From Antedon mediterranea (lineage: Eukaryota; Animalia; Echinodermata), in assembly GCF_964355755.1 (NCBI RefSeq), contig NC_092670.1, forward strand, positions 15,424,795 through 15,488,794: a stretch of 64,000 nt of DNA, read 5' to 3'. Below the pieces are notes generated by a model. The model had not been told where the DNA came from. It saw only the letters and a list, made by a program, of their open reading frames with translations, and did no database searches. This document shows, in pieces, positions 1 through 10,311 of this stretch. How positions within the stretch are numbered: position 1 is the stretch's first letter; each line of letters begins with the position of its first letter. A program made the translations under genes and the position numbers.

Positions 1-835
1 GACAGAGAACCAAAACGAATTGCTATGCCACTTGCCGAATGTTTCAAAAGACGTGTGGATATTATAGGAGATACATTATTAAAAGATTTGGAAAATAATT
101 CTTTCGCTGGAGATATTGATAATTATAGGCTCAATATTTCTAAATTAGAAAATGCACCATCGTATACAATCCAGGCAATACGACAAGATGCGAGTCTCCA
201 GCAGTACAACAGGTTAGTATGCCATACATGAGCTAAATAAATAATTACTACAATAGTTTAATTATGCCATACGTGTAAAGATCAAACAAATACTTGTAAA
301 AAAGCATCATATAACATGAAAAAACGCGTTAATCTTTTTCAGCAAATTACCGAGTGCATACACCTACCTTAAACGAAAGGAACGACAAGACAGAAAACCT
401 CTTCAAGAAGTGAATCACGGACAAACTGCCCATGGGAAGAGAAAAAAGAAAATGAAGTCTGCCCCAAAAAGACGAAAATCCGGTTTCAACTTATTCACTC
501 AATTGCATATGCCTCAGGTATTAAGATACGTCTTAAGTAAAATACCCTTAGATAAAAAGCATTATAATATGCTTATTACGTACTTCTTCTTTTCACTGCC
601 TCTACCCCTCAAACTGTCCAAAAATGAGAGCTCAGCTATAATTAACATTGTGATGGATGTCTTTCCTTAGGTAATGCGTGAATATAAGGAGTTGTCATTG
701 ACCGGTAAAAATGTAATTATTCATGACTTATGGACGCAATGTAGTGATGAACAACATACCGAATGGAATGCTCGTGCACTTCGATTAGTTCAGCCAGAAG
801 TAGCAGAAAATGTACACAATGTCCAGGGAGAATAA
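1..835 (+). CDS. 3' part of a spliced gene encoding a C-terminal HMG-box protein (exons <1-212, 343-517, 671-835)
   Basis: GT-AG introns 213-342 and 518-670 join in frame (phases 2 and 0), giving ...APKRRKSGFNLFTQLHMPQ|VMREYKELSLTGKNVIIHDLWTQCSDEQHTEWNARA...*. This fits the HMG-box pattern PKRPxSxFxLF...W..LS.EEK..Y...A. Stop TAA at 833-835. The 5' end lies outside the window. Confidence 0.75.
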
Positions 836-1590
836 GGTTTACATAATTAGTACCAGATAGGCTAATCACTTGAATTTAAGTTTTAAATCGCATGATACTA
901 TACTAAAAATCATCTTATCTTTCATTATTAATTCTCAAGCAGGATCTCAAAGATAATATTCAATTAAATTTGAACTGTCATAATATACCAACTTAAGCAG
1001 AAGGTTCAAATCTCAGTTAACGGGTTTTTCTCATTCATACAGGCTTGCTTATTTTGTTTACAATTTCTTCTGTGCCTGTTAATTATTATAATAATAATTA
1101 TTATATACATCTATATTATTATATTACAATTAATAAGAAAATAAACAAATTACAGCGAACCACTATTTATATTACAGTCGTATATACACAATTTCTTTGT
1201 GTTGTATTATACACATTTCATGATTTATTGCCTAGTATACCATAGTGGATTGATCGAATAAAGTTGAACATCACAGGCATAATTGTTTAGGACTGAAAAA
1301 TACAGGCTTACACTCCTTATACTGTATTAAGTTGAATCTGGTCAAATAAGACCACAAAAAACATTACTACAATTTATTAACATTTCTTTACTGCAAAAAC
1401 GTGGGCAGTGATACGGTACGTTATATTTTTCTTTATTGTAGTTTATTTTAATCCCTTGTTTATAATCGACTCTTCCACAAGTCAAATATTTGAGGTTAAG
1501 TTTTCCCACTGCTCAAAGAAATAGTTACACTACTACCAGATAGAATAGAACAGTATAACTATACTAATAAGCCTCAGAAACAACTTTAAT

Positions 1591-2964
1591 ATGGATTATT
1601 CTTATGTTAATGGAGAGCATGTTGAAGTGTTTGATGAAGAGTGTGGTATATGGAGATCGGCTAAGGTTATTAATATTAGCACGGATACCATAAGTGAACC
1701 TGGGATTTGTATTCATTATATTGGGTGGCAGCCAAAGCATAACACACTCATTTCAATTAAGAAACATATTCGCCCAGCAACACCATTCGTTACGGGAAAG
1801 AGAAAGCGAATTCCAAAAACGCACAGTGTTTCAAATTACTTTAAGACTGTGCCCGAAAATCTTGTTATTGAAGACCCTGTAAAATTTATGTACGATGGGA
1901 AACGGTTTCAGGGATTTGTCGTCGAAAATGACCCTTTTCTGAAAACAATGAAGGTTTCTTACGAGAACGGATATAAAGAAAAAGACATAACATATGCTGA
2001 TTTAGTGGAGTCTAACAATGATGATGACACAAGTAGACCTATTCGTATGATGACAACTAATGATGAGACAACATCACCCCTGCCCACAAAAAGAAAACTG
2101 ACCAAACCAAAAAACACGAACCGAAATAAATCGGAACAAAGGATTGAGAGTCCATTCTTAGACCTACCTAGTAGTAGGCCTACTACGAACGAAGTCCCTA
2201 TTATTCGAAGTTGCTCTAATAAATATGGACAAGAAATAACACAATGTGTTGTAGAAGACGAGATCGTCTTTGTGGGTTGCTTTCTTGTTACAGAGGAAAG
2301 CGATGTATATAGGTTTGTCACCCACTTATATGTAGATGATAAAGGAACATTTAAGAGCATCGGATTTAAAGTACGAACACTTGGCACCCGAAAGTTCTTT
2401 CAAATTGGAACATATGACAATATTCTTGAAATGCCAAAGAAAATTAAGTTAAACTTGAACGCTTATTGGAGGAAAAGACAGCGAAGTACTCAAATTGCTT
2501 GTGAAGAGAGAATACTTCAGAAGATGTCAGGATTGACGATTCAGCCCAGATACATACAGAGAAGTGTTGCCCTGCGAAAATGCATCAGGCAGCAACTGAA
2601 ACGAGGTTTCGGTGGTAGAAGGCGCCAAATTAAAGTTAATATACCATATGACCAAGGTACTGATGCACATTTATTTGGTTTGGATGCAAGCAACTCATTT
2701 CATGAGGAGTATACCCCAGAAAGCTTTGCGCAGCTGGACGACTTACTTGGGATTGGGTGGGATTATATGATACTAAATAATTCATCTAGGTATGCTTTTG
2801 TGTCGCGAATGATTGTCAGACTTATTCTTGAAGAACAAAGTGTAGAAGTTTTAGCACACATTCGCAATACCTCTATACATGAATGGTGCATGGACTACAG
2901 AAAACATACTATGGATGAACTTATACATGCGAATAAAACATCAAACATTGATACGGAATCTTGA
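1591..2964 (+). CDS. Intronless 457-aa protein with two N-terminal Tudor/Agenet/chromo-barrel-like domains and an uncharacterised C-terminal domain
   Basis: Long intact ORF. The N-terminus GEHVEVFD...WRSAKVI...IHYIGWQPKHN matches the Tudor-knot/MBT-like pattern (W..AKV...VHY.GW...D). A second Tudor-like barrel reads DPVKFMYDGKRFQGFVV...KVSYENG. A basic linker precedes a C-terminal region containing LDDLLGIGW. AATAAA at ~3059. Confidence 0.7.
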   Translation: MDYSYVNGEHVEVFDEECGIWRSAKVINISTDTISEPGICIHYIGWQPKHNTLISIKKHIRPATPFVTGKRKRIPKTHSVSNYFKTVPENLVIEDPVKFMYDGKRFQGFVVENDPFLKTMKVSYENGYKEKDITYADLVESNNDDDTSRPIRMMTTNDETTSPLPTKRKLTKPKNTNRNKSEQRIESPFLDLPSSRPTTNEVPIIRSCSNKYGQEITQCVVEDEIVFVGCFLVTEESDVYRFVTHLYVDDKGTFKSIGFKVRTLGTRKFFQIGTYDNILEMPKKIKLNLNAYWRKRQRSTQIACEERILQKMSGLTIQPRYIQRSVALRKCIRQQLKRGFGGRRRQIKVNIPYDQGTDAHLFGLDASNSFHEEYTPESFAQLDDLLGIGWDYMILNNSSRYAFVSRMIVRLILEEQSVEVLAHIRNTSIHEWCMDYRKHTMDELIHANKTSNIDTES

Positions 2965-3802
2965 TTAAATCTAAACATAACGTGTTATGCAGTTATTTGC
3001 GATATTACAACCTTAGTTTACGAGGTTTATTACACGATGATTATCTGTACTGTTAGTAAATAAATTCGTTTAAAATGTACTCAGTATACATTATACTTTT
3101 CTTATACTGTATATATTCTATGGTAATATTTCATAAGTAGACCAAAGTAATTAATTGGTAGTGATATGCCTATTAGTTTAGTTATTCATATTTTCTATAT
3201 TGTAGGCCTAGGCCTATATTTACGAATTTTACATATTGTATTCTCAGTTTTAACAACATTATATAGTTTAGTTTCAGCTGTGTTTAGAATTATAAAACCC
3301 TAACTAAAACACTGTATTCTCTTTTTGAATATTTGAACTTGGAATAAAAAATTGTTGTAACAAGAAAATGTATTTTGATGTCTCTTTGGTGTTATGATAT
3401 CAGTTACATTTTTGTAAGCTTATTGGAATTCGTAAATACATGTCATTAGATAATATCAGTGAAGGCATAAAACCTCTAATAATAAATGAGACCTTCTGTA
3501 TGTATGGCTTCATTGTAATAAAATACCATAGATATTGAACTATTTATTACCCTTAAAACGTTACGTCAACGCATTGCGTCTCCAATGCAGCTTGGTATGA
3601 GATATTGATATTTGCTGAATAGTGTATTTGGTATGCTAAAGATGGTCAAAAAAATGTGGTTTGACCCCTGTAACCCATACAAGTAGTAAGTACGGTATAG
3701 GACTATACTCATTGAATGGAATTCATTAGTTCCAAATACAATAGCCTCCCTGTACACACAGAAGTTCTCTCATCATTTCTATACTGTTGTGCATCATTGA
3801 AG

Positions 3803-5376
3803 ATGAAACGTTCACCAAAAAAGATCAGCAAAAAAAAAAAGGTTCATAATGAAAATGCTAAATGGTAATTATTTCACTATCTGTTAAAAAATCTTTATAG
3901 GCCTAATCGATGTATTTCTATTGGCATATTTATTAAGCTTTTTACAAATTCAAAAATAATTTAAGTACACTTAAAGATGCTAATGCCAAGTTGTTTTTTT
4001 TCATTTAAGGATTAATTACCTCTTCCAGCAAAAAACAGACATGGCCGTAAACGTGAAAGAAGCCTGCACTTTATTACGTGGTTACTGTCCCTACCTGACT
4101 CACAATGGGGCAGGAAGAGCAATCTCAACAGTTTTTAAAGGAAAATTGAAACGGTCAAAATCGGGAAGGAGAGCCGACAAAACTAGGGGAGAATATAAAT
4201 ACATTGGCATATGCAAGCGGGAACATCACAGTCAATCACACCATTCAGTTCAGACGAAAAATGACCAGCACGTTATTTCATCGGCCAAACACAACGAAAT
4301 GAGAAAAGGTACAGCTCACGAAAATAACGAAAGGCAAACAAAGAAAGATGGGCCAGTCGATCAAGTTAAAATTTTATCTAAGAAAAATGCAAACTTAATT
4401 AATGAAAACTCTAAACTTAAAATGGCTTTGAAGAACGCAAAAGAGGTCAATCATAAGGGGTTGCCTGCCAGCATGGTGATACATAATAATATGATAAAAA
4501 CCTCTTCACATACAGTTGGGAGGGGTACGTTTGGCGAGTGCCAAACAGCGTTGTACCATGGAACAAGAGTGGTCATTAAATCATTCAAAAACCCAGAACA
4601 ACTAAATGATGAGAAGCTAAAGAAAACAATAATCAAGGAGGCAAACATTATTCTCAATTTAAAAGCGCACATTAATCTTCCACGATTGGTAGGAATTGCA
4701 ATAGAAGAAGCACCATATCAGTTAATTACTCCTCTGTATTCAATGAAAGATGGTTCCTTTAATTTAAATGAGATATTTAAGAGGAAGGATATGTTGAGCA
4801 GATTTAACTGGGAGAACATACTGCGACAGATTATAGATGCGATTAAGACTATCCACAACTCAGGATATGTCCATAATGATATAAAAAGTAAGAATCTGTT
4901 ATATACGTAATTTTTAAAATTAAGCCGCTAATTGTTTCATTATCATATACATTAAATTCCATTATACCATACACAATTCAGTGATTATTTTACAGTTTTT
5001 TCTCATGTTCCCAACTGTCTTTTCTCTTACAGGTAATAACGTGGTGCTTCATGATATTGATGGTAAAATTACACCTGTAATAATAGATTATGGCAAGGCG
5101 TTTCGGACCGGACGGAGTACTCCTTTAAAGTTGGCGTCGGAGGAGAAGATTAGATGGAAGAAATGCTTTCCATGGACTGCACCAGAAGTTATTTCTGGTG
5201 TCGAAGCACCATCGGAGCACAGCGATATTTACGCATTTGGATACATGTGCAGCCGCATATTTACCAAAACGAACAACAGAAGAATACGCGAAACTGGCGA
5301 GATATGCATGCGGCCGGCACCTTGCAGAGCTAGCTTGGCCACCGCCTTTTATGTACTAACGTTAGATCATGAATAA
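3803..5376 (+). CDS. RFX-like winged-helix DNA-binding domain fused to a protein kinase (exons 3803-3864, 4010-4887, 5033-5376)
   Basis: Frame-consistent GT-AG introns. The N-terminus KWINYLFQQ...GRAISTVFKG...RGEYKYIGI resembles the RFX DBD pattern (W...NYE...FGKLIRSVF...RG.SKYHYYGI). Kinase motifs: GRGTFG, VVIK, alphaC Glu (KEAN), HNDIKSNN (joined across intron 4888-5032), DYG, WTAPE, SDIYAFG. Confidence 0.85.
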
Positions 5377-5721
5377 TTAGAATACATTTTTCAGAATGGA
5401 TTTTTAAAAAAGGGTAGCAGTAAATTGTAGCTTTGTTTTCTTGTATTTATTATTAGTTTATGTATATTTTATTTTCTTTTTTGTATTCGTGTTTAATGTT
5501 CTATCTTGGGGTGGGTCAGACAAAGTCTTTCTGCGTTATTATTATGACTTTCCCCCACATGATTAATTCATTGCATTTATTATCCTGTCATTCATGTTAT
5601 TATATTGTGGAATTAAAATTAAATTGGAATTGAAATTATATTTGTTTGCAATGTATTTTGTTCTATTTTACATTGTATAAAATTGTTATAAAACGATGAC
5701 AACATTAAAATACAATAACAG

Positions 5722-6860
5722 GAAAAACAGTGGCAGGATACAAAAACAGTTTCTGGGTACAAAACATTTGTAAAAAAAAATGTGTTGTACAAAAACAGTG
5801 GCTGGGTACAAAAACAGTGGCAGGGTACAAAAACACTGGCTGGGTACACAAACAGTGGCAGGGTACACAAACAGTGACATGGTACAAAAACGGTAGCAGG
5901 GTACAAAACCGGTGGCAGGGTACAAAAACGATGGCAGTTGAGTAAATAAACAGTGACAGGGTACAAAAACGATGGCAGGGACGGTGGCAGGGTACAAAAA
6001 CGGTGGCAGGGTACCAAAACGGTGGCAGCTGGGTACAAAAACGATGGCAAGGTACAAAAACGATGGCAGGGTACAAAAACGGTGGCAGGGTACAAAAACG
6101 GTGGCAGGGTACCAAAACGGTGGCAGCTGGGTACAAAAACGATGGCAAGGTACAAAAACGATGGCAGGGTACAAAAACGGTGGCAGGGTACAAAAACGGT
6201 GGCAGGGTACAAAAACGGCGGCAGGGTACAAAAACGATGGCAGCTGGGTACCAAAACAGTGGCAGGGTACAAAAACGGTGTCAGGGTACAAAAGCGATGG
6301 CAGCTGGGTACAAAAACAGTGGCAGGGTACAAAAACAGTGGCAGGGTACAAAAACGGTGGCAGGCTATAAAAACAGTGGCAGGGTACAAAAACAATGGCA
6401 GGGTACAAAAACAGTGGCAGGGTACAAAAACGATGGCAGCTGGGTACAAAAACAGGGGCATGGTACAAAAACGATGGCAGCTGGGTAAAAGACAGTGGCA
6501 GGGTACAAAAACAGAGGCATGGTACAAAAACGATGGCAGCTGGGTACAAAAAACAGTGGCAGAGAACAAAAACGGTGGCAGGGTACAAAAACGGTGGCAT
6601 GGTACATAAACGGTGGCATGGTACAAAAACGGTGGCAGGGTACAAAAACAGAGACAGGGTATGACAAGCAGTGGTCTAGGGTACAAAAACCTGTGTTTGT
6701 ATACAAAGTGTCTGGGAAAAAAGACGTTAGCATGGGTACAAAAACGACGGATGGCAGGGATACAAAAAACAGTGGCAGGGTACACAAAATTGTGTTGTAC
6801 TAAAACAGTGGCAGGGTAAAAAACGTAGCATACACATTTTACGAAAACAGTAGCAGGGTA
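5722..6860. repeat. Tandem array of a ~19-20 bp unit (consensus AAAAACGGTGGCAGGGTAC, variants with CAGCTGGG), roughly 50 copies
   Basis: Directly visible, degenerating at both edges. It accounts for all overlapping low-complexity ORFs at 5619-6819. Confidence 0.95.
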
Positions 6861-8704
6861 ACATCAGCAGAGCTAAACAAATGAAGAAGGGTCAGAACAT
6901 GTGACTCTGGCAGATAACAGATAACATTTTTTCAAGAGTGATAAGAAAAAAGGAAACATATTAATATATTCAATGATTTGTTAGCCTAAATATATCTTTC
7001 ATTTTTAATTTATAATTATTTACATGATGATAAAACTTTTTAATTTGTATTAATTTAAATGTTTATTTTGGGGTTCTTTTATAAGTCAATCATTTTTTTT
7101 TCCATTAAAACTTAAAAATTGGCTATTTGTAGTTTATTGTATTCATCTTTATGGTTTATTTTACATCATTTATATCTCAATTTATATTGCTATATTGTTA
7201 TCTTTGATGAAATATTAATATTATGTACTGTAGTAGGCTTATACACATTTTTTAAATTCTCAACAAAGTCTCAAACCACATAAAACCTAAAAGTTGAAAC
7301 TGAATATTTAATGGCCCTTGAGAATTCTAGGTAGCCTGCGCAAAGGTCATCAAGGCCAAACTTAAGAGGATGACTCAAGCCCTTCCATGCGAATCATCTC
7401 AGGTTAGACCAACCTCCAGTGGGCAGGACTTGTAGTTGAAACTTCTGGCTCAAATGACACTCCAGGGTAATAAAATCGCAATAACTTATAAAGCACTGAC
7501 AGTAATTGCTTGTCAAAACCAAATTGCCTAACCGTAACGCTAACGTAGCCTGGTCCGCGTAATGGTCTGATCGATAGCTAAAGACTCGTCGGACTTAAAC
7601 AATTATTTTGGACTTTCAATTAATTATACGGTTTGTATGTGTCCCTAAACGGATTACAGAAAAAGTTTATGATATGCCTAAATGTGTAGAATGCTTACAA
7701 TAATAACATGGCTATAAGATGAGAGTATAACAATGGAATACGTAAATTCAAACAAAAAGAAAAACAGCCATTTTTGTAACACAAACCTCTTGGATTGAAA
7801 AGCCTGTTTGTTAGAAGTGTTCGATATAACCAAATGGGATACCTCTTAACTCTCCATTCCCATCTCCTGTTTTTCACATACTGATCCCTGCATTTTTCAC
7901 TCTCCTATCTAAAATTATTTATATTTTATCTCATCATTAAACATCAGCTGTCCTCTAAGTGATTTGCGTTCTGTTTGACGATAAAGTCTCCTCCTGTTTT
8001 ATATAAACAGCTATAGTTTTACCTCATTTACTGCTGGTATCTGAGAGGACTTGTGCTTTTCTGTATTGTTTCTACGATTTGCCCTTCTAAATATATACAC
8101 CGTGCTGCAACAAAATATATAACTTACCATACAGACTACTGAAGGTTATATCCCAAGTGAAACAAATAATGATCTCACACTATTGATCTAATGCGTAAAT
8201 AGTTTGCACGACTCGAATCACTATAATAGCAATACGCATGTGCAAAGAATTGAGGAATTCTCGCCAATGAGAATTACTGTCTATTCACAGTACTTCCTGG
8301 TATTTGATAGGCTACAATGTAGAGAGAAGAATTATCAAAGAAAATGCATTTAAACTTCACAAACTTTCCAATATTATACCTCATCCCGACGTCTTCGTTT
8401 GTATGAAATATTAACTTTTTAAATGAAAATGTATTTGTATTCCCCTATTAAATGTATAATTACTCTCAGCAACAAGCAAGTATATACAATTATGGAGAAT
8501 TCTGCTCTCAGCCAGTGAAAATGGCACTTAGACGCTTCCGTAGAAATAACATAATTAAATGCTGGTTTTTTTTTTATTATAGAAAGACGATATAGTGTAA
8601 GTAGACTATAAAAAATGTTATGAGTGCACACGATATAGATGAGCCAACTTAGCCGACTGAGCTTGTGTAATACGAACAAAAGATCTTGTGATATAATAAT
8701 ATTT

Positions 8705-9024
8705 AAACAAGGCCAACAGCCATAAGTCGCGTGCTCTCAGGAAAAATTGAACTTTCAAAAAGTAATGTACTTTAAAACTTTTCTGTACATCAAAACAGTT
8801 CAAAAAGTACAGAAAAACGCAAAGTGATACCCGACAGACCGATCGACCGACCGACAGACCGACCGACATAGTTAAAACTTGTCTGTACATCAAAACAGTT
8901 CAAAAAGTACAGAAAAGCGATAAAACGCATAGTGATACCGGACCGACAGAGAGACCGACAGACAGACCGACAGACCGACCGACCGACATAGTTAACTATA
9001 GAGTCGCGTCCACGCGACTAAAAA
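8705..9024 (-). mobile_element. Helentron-associated (HINE/DINE-1-like) non-autonomous element
   Basis: Sub-terminal inverted repeat AGTCGCGTG (8725) / CACGCGACT (9011), stem-loop AGTCGCGTCCACGCGACT at 9002-9019, (GACC/GACA)n microsatellite, an internal ~100 bp tandem duplication, and A-run (TT on minus strand) flanks. Confidence 0.6.
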
Positions 9025-9218
9025 CGGAAACGAAAAACAAGAAATAGAAAAACAAAACAAAAATTTGAAAAAAATAGACCAATAAAAATATATAAACACA
9101 TCAGGCACATAACATTAATTCTAAAACGCCCGTTGATATACTGAAATTTAATTAATTAATTTGAAACGATAAAGATGAGGAAATCTGTGAGAATTAGAAT
9201 AATTATAAACTAGCTTTG

Positions 9219-9446
9219 TAGCGCCCTCTAGAAAGCCATAAATGTTGTTACGTAGTATCGATCGGAGTGCCATTGTGCCACAATACGTTCATTATTTCTA
9301 CATACTCTATAGATCATTTTTGTCGTGATTAAACAATGTAACATAACATTAGTTTATGTATGTATCAATAAGAAAAAAAAACACATAACTTATTGTTTAT
9401 ACTGAATCAGCCAATTAAAAAGCTCCATTACTTTGAACCAATCAGA
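9219..9446 (+). promoter_or_regulatory. Candidate CAMSAP upstream regulatory region: CTCF-like motif and two CCAAT boxes
   Basis: TAGCGCCCTCTAG at 9219-9231 (reverse CTAGAGGGCGCTA, similar to the CTCF core); AGCCAATT at ~9409 and AACCAATCAG at ~9437, about 0.9 kb upstream of the first coding exon. Confidence 0.3.
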
Positions 9447-10311
9447 AGACTGTAATATTCTTATCATCCAGTTAAAAGACCCGTACAATTAGAAGTTGGT
9501 TTATACATGGAGCGAACTGTAGTTAGCAATCGTGTGTCAGCCTAATGTTTCTACTTTGTACTATCAGTGGGACTTTTTAGTATTTTGTAGGGTTTATCTG
9601 TGGAGTCTTTTATCTCTGGTATATCCTAACTCCAGATCGATGTATCTATTCCGCCTGATTACCATCAACACCATTTCTTTGTTAATTATATTCCACGCGT
9701 ACACAATGGAACTGACTAATGCTTCAATAATAACGTTGTGGTGGAATACTCATTTTTAGTCTATCGTGTTTAGCTATTTAGCTTCAAATGTATACACACC
9801 TTTTGTGCTTTTCATATTTTATAACTGCAAACACATGTTGGATTTTTACAGCAGTGCTGTCATATTTTTAACAGCTGTAGTATTCGTCAATTTTTATGTT
9901 ATTTATGCATGTTTGTTAATAGCTGGGCCAACGAATCATGTATCATTAGTTGTTTTGATGGAGTCACCACGCCTTATTTAGCTACCTGTAGCCCTACCTC
10001 ATGATGGAGACCTGTCGGCCTAAAAATGCTCTTCGATCATCTAGATTGTTAGGTTCGTCGAGTTTTTAATTTATTGAAATATGTCTTGTTGATTTTTAGC
10101 TTTGTGTCATCGCATCATCACAGTAAACCGTTTTACTATTTTATTCAAAGAGAATGTGTGTCCAGCCGTATGTAACCTGGAGTGACAATTCTGAATAGGT
10201 CTAAGATGAAGATTAGGGCCTAGAAATCGAGTTTGTTATGCTTGTGAAATGACGTAGGCCTAACGTACATCATTGTTATCGTAGGAATTGTTACCAAACG
10301 TATCTTTCAAG

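Noticed and set aside
5619-6819. Many overlapping ORFs on both strands (LYPATVFVPCHRFCT / GYKNGGRVQKRWQGTKT repeats)
   Set aside because: These are translations of a stop-poor tandem repeat that is open in nearly all frames; there is no evidence of coding.
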